The position numbers were made by a program, and so were the translations under genes. From Chiloscyllium plagiosum (taxonomy: Eukaryota): a stretch of 64,000 bases of DNA. This document shows positions 52,052-64,000 of this stretch, piece after piece; position 1 is the stretch's first letter; every line of letters begins with the position of its first letter. A model generated the notes under the pieces. The model saw only the letters and a list, made by a program, of their open reading frames with translations, was not told the origin of the DNA and made no database searches. Location of the stretch: contig NC_057719.1 of NCBI RefSeq assembly GCF_004010195.1, forward strand, positions 84,035,108-84,099,107, given 5' to 3'.

Positions 52052-52160
52052 GGATTAGTGGTGCTGGAAGAGCACAGGATGCTGCCTGAACTGCTGTGCT
52101 CTTCCAGCACCACTAATCCAGAATCTGGTTTCCAGCATCTGCAGTCATTGTTTTTACCTC
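52052..52160 (+). mobile_element. PLE mini-insertion with 27 bp perfect inverted arm
   Basis: 52051-52077 is the reverse complement of 52094-52120; TSD 16/18 identical at 52035-52052 and 52163-52180. Confidence 0.88.
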
Positions 52161-54624
52161 GTTGATTTTCACTCTTTTTGCCAGGGCTGCTGTGATCAGT
52201 TGCGAAGGTTCTGAATGCCACCAATGCTCACCTCACCCTTGAATGTTTTTTGATTATGTCAATGGCTCCAAAGTAAGCTGGAAGGCAACAGGAGAAGCAG
52301 AAGTGGGCGTGCCCAAACGTCAAGCTGCCTCTTTTCATTCCTGCACTTTGACTGACCTGTTGTGTACTTCAAGCACTCTTCTCTGTTTGACTTGATGCTG
52401 GTGCCTTTGGGTGAAGGGAAAGTCAATCACTTAGAGAAAAAAAAGGCACTACTTCAAAAGAAAGTACAGTAGTGCACAAAAATGTCATTCTGCTCCAGTG
52501 GGCAGACTGAATGAGACACATTAAGAAAGAAACAATACCAGCAGCAACATTAAAAAAAACAGAAAAATCCATTGGCACCGTCAAGGTGATGGAACACACA
52601 GGAACTGTGAATGAATCTAATCCGCAAAACTAAATAGGATTCCTTTACAACCCTCACCATGCCCACAGTTCCATCCCCAGCTCCAGTGAAGCAGGACGGT
52701 CAGAGTTCCCAATAAATTCAGCTACTTTCTGACCTGCATCAGCTAAGTTCTGTCTTCACCTGCCAATGGATACTGCTGCACCTTTCAGCTCAGCAAGATC
52801 AGCTCAACAAGCAGTGTTACAGGCATGTTTGGGAGGTGGGCTTGCTGAAGGTTATCAGCCATAACATTAAGTTGACATGTGTTGAAACACAACACAACAG
52901 AACTCCTGTCACTAAACATGTTCAAAGATGGAATAGCCTGCTTTTCAAGCAGGTTTTGAATTACATGTGACGATCCATCTATTTTTAACCCACTCACACC
53001 TGCTGCTTTTCTACTTACCAGCCTGATAGCCCGTCATTTCAAATGACGTTGTATCAAAACAAAACCTCATCCCCACCACAACCTACCCCACTCAAAATAA
53101 AGCCCTAAAGGCGATAACATTTTAGTCTTGTCCTCATAGTACATGAAACCTATGACAGAACTGAGAGATTCCTTGAGAGAGGAATCTGAAAAGGCCAGGT
53201 GCCACCTGCAAGTAAACACAGCACAATTTGTTAAGGTCTACAGGAAGAAGCATGAGCACAAGCCTGAATGCAACACACAAATGAGCTTCATGGATGCAAT
53301 TATAATCATACCATTAGCACAATGCAACAGATTTAAAACACAGATCACTAAGGTTCCTCACTAATGACCATTAGCTGCTGACTCCTATTAGGAAATGCCC
53401 GTGCTACTGAAAATTCCACTGAGAAGCCAATCAGATTCCACTGCTCTTCCCCTCTGCAGATAATTAACTAGGCAATTGTCACATTTGCAATCACACATGA
53501 ACAATGCCTGTTTGGGAGTAGTATCATAGGTGGTGATGGTGGTAAAAACAGGAGTAAGCCATGTGGCCACTCAGTCCTGATTCACCATTTAAACATTCCT
53601 ATCTAACTTCTACTGCCTCATCCTCCCCCTGGATTCTTGAATTCCCTTAGTACTCAAAAATCCATTGGATTCTGCCTTTAATCTTGTTGTGATTCTAGAC
53701 CAGGTCACAAAATGTGTGTTATGATCAGCAAAGGACCAGTGATTTTTATTTTTCAAAGTAAAGTCTGATATCCAGGGAACTTACTAAGAGATTACTCACA
53801 AGCCTCCATGGTTTTGAACACAACACAACAAACCTTACCATGTTAGAACAGCAGTGCAATCTATAATACTTGCACAATTAAACAATCAAAACTAACTAAT
53901 GGTAAAGATGGGTAATCAACTGTGACTGAACACCTCACAGCATACATCAAACAGCAAATATGATTAAGACAGAACCCATTAATTTCTTAACAATCTTCCT
54001 CAGATGCTAATGTCACCAAATACAGTATCACTAAACATCACAAGAAATTACAACTCTTCACTTTTGTTAAGCTGACACTGAAATTCCCTCTCAAGAGCCG
54101 CTCCATCATGGGCTGCCTCAACATCTACTCCATTATGGTCGATACCATCATTTCCTGGGTCTGCACTCTTTTGTTCTACAAAAATGCGCACGTACTCATT
54201 CACAAGCATAACTCCAACTCTTCACTGGCAGTTAATTGTACCATGCTGGTTTTCAGCCTGGGTTTTTCCCCTGAGTTTCGATTTTGCATTGTTGCATCAA
54301 GCAAGTCTGCTTCTTGGGTTCCAGTCGTGATCATTAATGAACATTGCGAACAGCGAGGCCTCAAAAACTGATTCATGACTGCACTAGTCATAGCCAAAAT
54401 GATCCATTTATCCCTGCTCTCAGTTTTCGATCTGTCAACTGGTCCTTAATCTACACCAGTATACTACCCCCTATCCCATTTGCTTTAATTTTGCTAACCA
54501 AACTCCTGTGGGAGACTCTCAAAAGCCTTCTGGAAAAATCCAAGTATACTTCATCAATCTTACTTGTATTATCCAGAAACTCATCCTCCACAGCATTAGA
54601 GCTCATTATGCCCTTACGTCCTTA

Positions 54625-55535
54625 GTGAATCCTTAGAAGAGCATAAAGGCAGTAGGAGCATATTTAAGAGGGAAATCAGGACGGCAAAAAAGGGGACATG
54701 AGATAGTTTTGGCAAATAGAGTTAAGGAGAATCCAAAGGGTTTTTACAAATACATTGAGGACAAAAGAGTAACGAGGGAGAAAATAGGGCTCCTCAAAGA
54801 TCAGCAAGGTGGCCTTTAAGTGGAGCCGCAGGAGATGGGGGAGATACTAAACGAGTGTTTTGCATCAGTATTTACTGTGGAAAAGGACATGGAAGATATA
54901 GAATGTAGGGAAATAGATGGTGACATCTTGCAAAATGTCAATTTAACAGAGGAGGAAGTACTGGATGTCTTGGAACTCATAAAAGTGGATAAATCCCCAG
55001 GACCTGATCAAGTGTACCCTAGAACTCTGTGGGAAGTTTGGGAAGCGATTGCTGGGCCTCTTGCTGAGATATTTGTATCATTGATAATCACAGGTGAGGT
55101 GCCGGAAGACTGGAGGTTGGCAAATGTGGTGCCACTATTTAAGAAAGGTGGTAAGGACAAGCCAGGGAACTATAGACCAGTGAGCTTGATGTCGGTGGTG
55201 GGTAAGTTACTGGAAGGAATCCTGAGGGACAGGATGTACATGTGTTTGGAAAGGCATGGACTGATTAGGGATAGTCAACATGGCTTTGTGCGTGGGGAAT
55301 TATGTCTCACAAACTTGAGTTTTTTGAAGTAGTAACAAAGAGGATTGATGAGGGCAGAGAAGTAGACATGATCTACGTGGACTTCAGTAAGGCATTCGCA
55401 AGTTTCCCCATGGGAGACTGGTTAGCAAGGTTAGATCCCATGGAATACAGGAAGAACTAGCCATTTTGATACAGAACTGGCTCAAAAGTAGAAGACAGAG
55501 GGTGGTGATGGAGGGTTGTTTTTCAGACTGGAGGG
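54625..55535 (+). mobile_element. CR1 LINE ORF2 internal fragment (linker and RT N-terminus)
   Basis: ORF 54820-55332 has KSPGPDQVYPR, VPEDWRLANVVPLFKKG, PGNYRPVSL and SQHGF motifs; frameshifted afterwards. Confidence 0.95.
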
Positions 55536-55689
55536 AAAAACTGATCAGAAAGCAAGATAGACTTCAGATATTCTTGCAGTGCCTGCTTGGTTCTATGAGA
55601 CTGATTACGGTTTTCTCTTTGCCTTCTATATCCCCAATCTATGGTGTGACCAATTCTCTAAACATGCTATCCAAGTACGTTTTCTGCCT

Positions 55690-55836
55690 TGTGGATGCAG
55701 AATAGTTACTCCAGCTTCTGCTCAAGTTCCAAACCCACAACTTAAGCTTCTGCAGCTGGTGACACTTCCTGTAGATGCATTTGTTCATCAAATACTGCAG
55801 GGTGTACATTCCACTTGGCTAAGCTGAGTTGCCACA
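55690..55836 (-). pseudogene. CR1 ORF1 N-terminal zinc-finger/leucine-zipper remnant; 5' UTR probably extends to ~56380
   Basis: Minus strand gives QLSQVECTPCS...KCIYRKCHQLQKLKL..ELEQKLE*LFCIH across frameshifts. Confidence 0.6.
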
Positions 55837-57331
55837 CAATAACTTTAAACATGATTTCTTGCAATTAGAATAAGTTAGCAGTTTCTCGCCAATCAACTTC
55901 TTCCTTTGTAGCAAATTGAGGCTGAAAAAGGTAGCAAAGGGGGGCACTTCCTTCCCTTCTTCACACTGCTCTCTCACCTACCAAACTCCAACTTTACACT
56001 CTGTGCATGTAAAGTAACTCTCAATGCAGATCAAAACAATACTGAGGAAGCCACCCTTTCTAAAAAAAAATTCTAATCAACCCTTTCTGAAAAACCCTTC
56101 CTGATTCAAGCTTATGAAAATCATTTCAAATTAGATACCTCATTAACTAGCTGCAGCTGCACTTGGAGCTTGCATACCCACATTTTAAGACCTGTATAAA
56201 ATTTAACTTCGTTTAGAGAGCAATTTCAATGAATTGCTAACTTAAATATAAAAGACTACAATTCAAATAGAAATTAACCCTCACTCTCTCACTCACCAGG
56301 GGTCACCGTAGAATAGTACTGAGGAAGGTCTCTTTCTAAGTTCTCTGGAAAAAAAAACTGATACCAGCTTCTGAAAACAAAATAAAGCTGACTATCCGCC
56401 AAAATTTCCAGCATCACTATGTCTGGAGCAGAAAAAGATCGGGGTTTAAGTCCCATCTCAAGACTTGATGGCCATGTAAGATGTGTCATAACACAGCCAA
56501 ACATACTGATTATCAATCTGTAAATCCTTTCAATTAGACTACAAGAGCAGAAGAATTTGCTGATCAGCTACCACATGCAATAGGCTTCCCATGTCATGTG
56601 CATTTATCACCTTTGTTTCATGAGACTACTATATACACATTTCAATGAGATCACTATCCATTCTCCTAAACTCCAGGGAACATAAGCCTGTAATAACTCA
56701 ATTCTTCTTCATCAGGACAATGTCTCTTATACCAGGAATGAGATGGCATGGTTACTGTTAGAGAAATAAAGAAGATTATTGCAGATTTTTACAAAAGTCC
56801 CATCGCCAGGTTCCTCAATGGATTTTACTTAGTCAGTCTTGCATGGCTCAAAAATATTAACTTTGGTAACAGAACCTCTCTTTTGCAAGGTGATATTCTC
56901 TGATAAACTAGAGACCTCACAAGTTAAATGCACAGTTTTTAAAGCCCAAACTGAAGTTTACAAATTCACACAAAATATCACACACTTAATAAATAATAAT
57001 AATGACTTTACCCAAAATAATGATCCCAATCAAATATCTACCCTGAATGCCACTACAGAAAGCAGTTCCAAAACAGCAGCAACATTTAGTGTTTTGTTAA
57101 TCTGTGACCTTGACTTCAAAGATTATATAAAGAGAGGTGGCAGTAACGTTTTGCACTGGACAAGGAGTTGCAACTTTATATTATCACAATGAACTCATTG
57201 AGCAAACACAGTTGCTTAACTCTATTCAAGATAATCAGAATTTCAAACCTACCTATCTCAATTTCCTCAATAATTCAAGCCCAGCTGAAAACCTGGCAGC
57301 CATTTTGAATACATGATACTATTATATTTCA

Positions 57332-57536
57332 GGATTAGTGGTGCTGGATGAGCACAGCAGTTCAGGCAGTATCCAAGGAGCAGCGAAATCGACGTTTCGG
57401 GCAAAAACCCTCGAAGGGCTTTTGCCCGAAACGTCGATTTTGCTGCTCCTTGGATGTTGCCTGAACTGCTGTGCTCTTCCAGCACCCACTAATCCAGAAT
57501 CTGGTTTCCAGCATCTGCAGCCATTGTTTTTACCCC
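57332..57536. mobile_element. Palindromic PLE mini-insertion
   Basis: Arms 57332-57412 and 57413-57495 inverted, tail 57496-57536; TSD ACTATT(A/T)TATTTCAG at 57318-57332 and 57537-57551. Confidence 0.9.
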
Positions 57537-58089
57537 ACTATTTTATTTCAGTTCAGTTGGATCCAAACAATTAGAATTATAACACGTCAATTTTCTTTTC
57601 ACAACATCACACTGTAAAGTAGCAACTTGAAGCTCTGGTCAATTGGAAGTATCTAAATTGAGACCGAAAGATTTTTGTTGTCAAAATTACTACTCTTGGC
57701 GGAACCAAGACAATAGAAGTAGCATAACTGAGTAGACATAAGGGGTTGAATGGCCTCTTACTGGCCCAAACTCTCGATTGGGAAACTGCCTACAGCACAA
57801 ATATTTCATCAGTCCTAGTGGAGTATCTAATACTGCTATTGCAGCCTTCAGTTATATGGGACAATGGCTTACAACCTGGCGGTCAACTTTACATGAAACA
57901 TTGCCTGAAGTCTCTGCCACACTTGCTGCTAATGAGGGCAGTATGCTGAGAATGTGCAGAATTGAACTGAAAGATTTATTATCACTTGTATGTAACAAAT
58001 AAATAGCGAAAAGTACAATATGTCACCATGGTCCAGTTCTATTTTGAGTTACAGAAGATATTAAGGTATAAATAAAAAGAGGTTCCGCC

Positions 58090-58420
58090 CCCACCCCCAC
58101 TTTCTGTGCTCCTTTTCCTAGATAAAGACAGATATAAAGTACCCATTTAACGCTCCACCGACATCTTCTGGTTTCACACAGAGGTTGTTCCGTTAGTCCC
58201 GAAATGGCCCTATTCTTTCCCTGGTTATTTTCTTCCCTTTGATATACTTGCAGTTCTCCCTAACCTTGCCTGCTAGCATTTTCTCACGCCCTCTCTTTGT
58301 TCTATTAACTGCTTTCTTGACACTCCCCCACCCTGCAATGAAATCACTGGCCTCTATTTTCTCTGTCCTTTTTTTCACCATTTGAGCTTTTCAATTTTCC
58401 TGACCTTTTTGATGGGCCTC
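58090..58420 (-). mobile_element. CR1 ORF2 linker fragment
   Basis: KRGREKMLAGKVREN.KYIKGKKITRERIGP on minus. Confidence 0.75.
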
Positions 58421-58834
58421 TTTAGAAACTGGGATACCTACTTAACAAAAATATAGAGTCCAAGAATATGTAACCTTAATGTATAGAATTCTATGACAAC
58501 TGTACATCAGAAGACCTCAAGGTGCTTCCATATATCTGATTGCGAAATAACAGAAGGCCCTGTGGTAAAACCCATATCCCATTCATTCAATTGTATCAGG
58601 GAAGACAACATTCTATGAAATGCAACATTCAGAGCATATTGAGTTCTAAGCATTATTAGGTGACCCCATTTAAATTCTCCCGGCAATAGGGGTGAGCTTT
58701 AATGCGGGTTTTCAAAAGATCCTTGCAGTGGTGCTCAATGGAAACAGTATACAAAGAGCAATTATTTGGTCACTGAGATGAACGAGTTCCAGTTTATAGA
58801 TGGCTATACTGCTGGGAGAATCAACAACAGTTTG

Positions 58835-59139
58835 TTTTTTCATTCACAGGATGAGGATGTCGCTGGTTAGGCCAGCATTTATTACCCATTCCTAATTGCT
58901 CAGAAGGCAGTTAAAAGTCAACCATATTGTTGTGGCCTTGGAGTCACAGACCAGGTAAGGATGGCAGTTTCCTTCCCTAAAAGACGGATGGGTTTCTCCA
59001 ATAATCGACAGTCATTGTAAGTCTCTTAATCCCAGATTTTTGTAGAATTTAAACTCCACCATCTGGCAGGATTTGAACCTGGGGCTGCAGAACATTGCCT
59101 GGTCTCTGGATTAACAATCCAGTAAGCCATTGTCTCCCC
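58835..59139 (-). mobile_element. tRNA-derived SINE, second family
   Basis: Homologous to 16478-16820. Confidence 0.8.
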
Positions 59140-61139
59140 TGTTGAACAGTTGTGTGTACTAAGGGCTCAGAAGTAACCCTGGAGAGCTGCAAAAGTGGGA
59201 AGATTGCTGGACGGGGTAGCAGTGACGGGCTCAGAAAAGCCTGTGGGCATCAACATTTCAGTGCAGGGTTTGAAAAGCCACAAGCAGCATTTGCTGTAAA
59301 ACCTACAGCAGGAGGATTAGTCAGAGTAATCACTTTACCTCAGTAAAGTTAGCTGTGGGTGAAGAGCTGTAGCTGTTCCAGTGAAAAAGGGACTGGAGTA
59401 TGGTTTCACAGTCCAGAACAGGAGAGTCATCGACTTGTATAGGAGCAATTGCTAAGGAGGGCCTTGACGAAACAGCTCAACAGTGAGCTTCAAGGCCCAA
59501 ATGGCAAAAGTGAAACACAGTAATCTCCTGTGAGGTCTACTGAGATTTGATGACCCATTAACATAAGGGGAGGGGCTGCAGGTGTTTTGCTCAGAAATTC
59601 CTGGGATCCATCTGGATTGCATTCACTACTATTAATATGTTCTATGGGGTGTTTGATCAAAGTATATTACCCACATTTACAGCATGTTAATTCTGATGTT
59701 AGAAGATATACATGTCATGTAGATCATGTTACTGCTCTAATGTGCACAGTAAAATCTTGTTGTTGTTCAAAACCACGGATTAGTGTGGCTTTATTCTCTC
59801 AGCGAGTCCCTTGATTTTCATATTCTGCTGACTTTAAAGGTTACTAGTCCCTAATCAGGTCATAACAAAGCTGGTGGCCTTGTCTGGGATCAAAACAACC
59901 TTCAGGTTTAAAACAGCTCCAGTGCGATTACAACCATAAAAAGCACTGCCAATGCTGATAATTTGAAATAAAAACAGAAAATGCTGTAAATACTCAGCAA
60001 TTCATGCAGCATCTGTGGTGAGAAACAGTTGACATCTCAGCTCTGTCTGGTTTAGACGGGACAATGAGAATAGAACGAAATATCAAAAACGTGTTGCTCT
60101 TTGTAACATAAAGCAAATGCGCCAGGCAAGTGATTGACCACATGGGAGGGCTGGCACCACCAGTGGAAAATGTGAACTGTACGAGCATAAAACAGGCTTA
60201 TACTTCAAAGTCCTCTGCTGAAAACTACTATCCGGCATAAAACTTTCATAGCATGAAGAGCTGCAAATCGCTGCCAACGGTGGCAGATTTCCCATGCACT
60301 CGCCCTGCAAATCCTTCATTGGAAAGAAAGACGTGCATTTATGTAGCACATTCCACAACCTCATGATATCCAAAACATTCATAGCCAATAAAGCACTTTT
60401 TGAATCTCACTTGCTGTCAGAATGTTAAAAAAAAAAGCACCAATAGTGTACACAAATAGAATTGAAGTTGTCAGTGTTGCACTGAGATGCCTTCCTGGAT
60501 TAAGTGCTCAAACCTCCAGAGTGGGAGTTGACTCTATGTCCTTCTAACTCAAAACAAAGAGTGCTATCCACTGATTCACGGCCAACAACTCCAGCTTGTT
60601 GCTAGCCAGAACTTCAAAAGACTGAAAGCTCTACAAATAACTCTCAAACTCTAAGATACTCTGAGGACCCGTTCTGAGGAAGGGTCACTAGATTTGAAAC
60701 TGGAGTTAACTCTCGATTTCTCTCCATGGATGCTCTGTTCGATGCGGTCCTGAACTATGGTTCACTTGGTTTATCTCAGTGAATGAAACATAATGCTGTG
60801 GTTCATACTCCACTGCAAGATTTGCAGATGCAATGTGTCCAAACACAACACTGGAGTAATGAGAGTTGTTGCTTCTGCATTGGATATCTAACATTGTTTC
60901 TATTTGGTATTTCCATTGAACCTCTTTAACCCCACGCCCTTCATCCAATCCCCGACCACTTTACACCCAGAGACAGGGGCTAATTTTATGAGTATGCTTT
61001 CATTGCAGTCATTTATTGCCTATATTCCTAAGTGACCTTGACGGCAGTTAAGAATCAACTATACTGCAGTTGGCCTGAAGTCAAGTCAGACCAAGCAAGA
61101 CTCGTAGACTTCGAGCAAAACTGCAATCAATTATGTATC

Positions 61140-62230
61140 AGGGCAGACTCTCCAGTTGAGGAAGTCACAGCTGGCGCAGAGAAAGATGGTTGTGATTGCT
61201 GGAGGTCAGTCATCTCAAGACATCTCCTCAGGATACTGTCCGAGTCCCAACTCTTCAGCTGCTTCACCAATAAACTTCCCTCCATCAGAAAGGTTAGAGG
61301 TGGGGATGTTTGCACGATATTCATCACTTTCCATGACTCCTCAAATACTGAAGCAGTCCAAGTTCAGTTGCAACTGGACCTGGAAAATATCCAGGCTTCA
61401 GCTGACAGGTGGCAGGTAATATTCGCGCCACTCAAATGCCAGGCAATGACCATCTCCAATAACAAATAATCTAACCACTGGCCTTTGACATGCAACGGTA
61501 CTGCGATCATCGAATCCCCCATGATCAACATTCTTCGGATTATCATTGACCAGAAACTCAACTACACTCACCACACAAACACAGTGGCTACAAAAGCAGG
61601 TCACAGGCTAGGACTCCTGCAGCAAGTAACTCATCTCCTGACTCCCCAAAGCCTGTCCACCATCTACAAGGCAAAAGTCAGGAATATGTTGGAATCCTCC
61701 CCAATTGTTTGAATGGGTGCAGCTCCAACAGTACTCAGGAAGTTGACATCACCCAGGTCAAAACAGCCACTTGATTGGCACCACTTACACAACTGACACT
61801 TATGATCCTGTTCCACAGCAACCTGAAGGAGCTGCACTCCGAAAGATAGTACTTCCAAATAAACCTGTTGGACTATAACCTGGCGTTCTGGGACTTTTTA
61901 ACACTATCTACAAGATGCACTGCAGAAATTCACCAAAGATCCTTCAACAACACTTTTCAAACCCATGACCACTTTAATCTAGAAGGACAGGAGCAGCAGA
62001 TACATAGGAACACCACCTTGACTTGAAAGTATATTGCCGTTCTCTCATTGCTGTTGGGTTAAAATTCTGGAATTCCTTCCCTGATGGCACTGTGGATCTA
62101 CCTACAGCACATGGACTGCAGCAGGTCAAGATGACAGCTCACCACCATCTTCCCAAGGCCAACTAGGGACGGACGGACAGACAGACAGCCAGCCAGCAGC
62201 GCCCACATCCCATAAGTGAATTTTAAAAAA
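61140..62230 (+). mobile_element. CR1-group LINE fragment with a PLE end inserted at ~61821-61902
   Basis: LQLDLENIQASADRWQVIFAPLKCQAM and AGHRLGLLQQV..STIYKAKVR; homologous to 37030-38045. Confidence 0.85.
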
Positions 62231-62264
62231 CCTCCATGTCTTATTGTTTCATTCTGGCACAGTT

Positions 62265-62448
62265 TTTACACCAATTGATGATACTTCTATGGCCACCATC
62301 ACAGAGACTAGCTTTGAATTGGACTGAAGTTTTTTTATAATCATTGAATTCCATCGGTTGCTGTGGTACGATGTAGACCCACTTCCCCGAAGCATCAGCC
62401 TTAGCCTCTGGATTACTAGTTCAGTGACCACTATTCTGCTGGCTCCCC
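62265..62448 (-). mobile_element. Second-family SINE 5' part
   Basis: CTCTGGATTACTAGTTCAGTGACCACTA...CTCCCC motif shared with 40780-40812 and 59100-59139. Confidence 0.6.
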
Positions 62449-62593
62449 CTATAAACATTTCAATTTCTGACAACTTATCAATTCATTGATTAAGGTACAG
62501 GGAAGGGAGCTGCTTTGAAGAAAAGGCAATAAAACCACACTATCTGATCCATACTAGTTTCTTGTTTCAACTCCATTCTGGAGTTTCTTCTCC

Positions 62594-62688
62594 ATTCCTG
62601 AAGAAGGGCCTGTGCCCGAAACGTCGAATCTCCTGTTCCCTGGATGCTGCCTGACCTGCTGTGCTGTTCCAGCAATAAAGTTTCAACT
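62594..62688 (+). mobile_element. Tail-less PLE mini-element with intact hammerhead motif (62594-62629)
   Basis: Identical by eye to 27450-27544; ATTC-CTGAAGA-A-GGGC-CTGT-GCCC-GAAA-C-GTC-GAAT. Confidence 0.88.
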
Positions 62689-64000
62689 CAACACAAATTA
62701 AAACCAGTGGAAACAAGCCATAACATCAATGAACCCATTGGGAAGTAGGAGGATTTACTTCAATATGACTTTTTACATACCCAAAGCAACATATAACAAC
62801 ATATTTTGGAGTATATTCCAGCACGTTACTTCTGCATTAGATTCTGAAGTTCCCTTCAAACATCTCTTTAAATGAAGCTCCCTGATTCTTAAAATGGCTG
62901 CTCTGGTGCAGGTGACTCACCGTCCATTTCTCATTCACTGCTATTTTGTTTACACTGACTTGCTTAGATTAAAGAACAACACTGGTAAACTCCTGTAGCT
63001 GAGACAGAAGATACAGGGAACAAATAGAGAAGTTGGGCTCATCAGCCATGATGTTCATAGCCTTGGAGTGTAAGGTGAGGGTTAAACAAGACAGAAATAG
63101 AACAGTTTTGTGTGCATCAGAGCAACAAGGTCAAGGATGTGAAAGACAAGTATGGAACCATATCAAGTTTCATCAACTGAAATGAGTTACCAGGCTGAAA
63201 AGTATAAGGGCCCTGGATTGATTGGAGTTAGACACTTTAATGAGAAGGTGATAGGGGTAAGTGTTCTGGGAGGATGAGACTCAACGCAGTACCCATGTAA
63301 TGGCATTGATGAGAGTTAATACCTCACTTAGTACTCCCTGGTCAATCTCTCCTCACTTGTCCTTGATTGGATCCGTTCCCCATTCTGGCTAGGGATGCAA
63401 TTGGATCAAGTTCTCCTTAACTCTCTCTCACACTTGCTCTGAAACTGAAAGACCAGGATTAGCGCTGGGCTGAATTTTCTCGAGAGGATCCTGCTCTTTA
63501 ATAGACAGAATGGCACTGGCAAAACCACTGCTCATTTCTCCATGCTTCACACACTTGCGTTTTTCTCTTCAGTTGCTTGTCGGCGATTCCCATTTTCAAA
63601 GTCAAGTTGTCTATCATCATCATCATTCTTTCTCCCACTAGGGCAACATTTTCTTTCAAGCACCTCCTTGAGAAAGTTCATAAGTCTTAAAATAGGATCA
63701 ACACAACCAGATGTATTGCGTTTTTTTGATAATATTCGCTAACATTGCTCAAGCAAGTACAGCATTTCTTTGCAGAGGATAGACCTAAATATGAATGTTG
63801 TTCACCAAAGAATTGGGGGAATTTTATATGCTACATTCTATAATAAATAGAAATTAGCAACTAGGGACGGGCAATAAACGCTGGTGAGCCAGCAATGCAC
63901 ATATCCCATGAACAAACAAACAAAAATCATAGAGGTTTTGGCCACAATCTTCCAATCCTCCTTGGATGTGCGGGTGGTAGCCGAGGTCTGGAAAATTTAA

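Noticed and set aside
54820..55332. 170 aa RT-like ORF as a functional gene
   Set aside because: Internal CR1 fragment with an upstream in-frame stop and downstream frameshift
58560..59560. Possible very old Gypsy RT/RNase H remnant flanking the SINE
   Set aside because: Only vague motif resemblance (EFQF, RVI); cannot be supported without a profile search
63440..63800. Possible Gypsy gag remnant on minus (MGIADKQLKRK)
   Set aside because: Single weak motif, frames broken

Overview
Eukaryotic, repeat-dense (well over half), apparently intronic or intergenic DNA. The repeat families (HE1-like tRNA SINEs with (TAATC)n tails, HER1/CR1-like LINEs, DeuSINE-like SINEs, L2, RTE, several Penelope-like families, Gypsy remnants) point to a cartilaginous fish, probably a shark. 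I found no intact host protein-coding gene; every recognisable ORF is a decayed retroelement fragment. There is one assembly gap (13567-14161). The most notable signal is a set of Penelope-like element (PLE) ends carrying minimal hammerhead ribozyme motifs (CTGANGA-stem II-GAAA-C-GTC or GAAA-GC-TA). At least six have intact cores. Many occur as 90-210 bp mini-insertions that start at the ribozyme, are flanked by 13-21 bp target-site duplications (TSDs), and share an 'inverted arm lacking the 34-45 bp 3' tail' architecture across several families. Also notable are a head-to-head SINE pair inside one 30 bp duplication and a 5'-inverted CR1. Family names come from motif recognition only, not database searches. 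Boundaries of old repeats are approximate.
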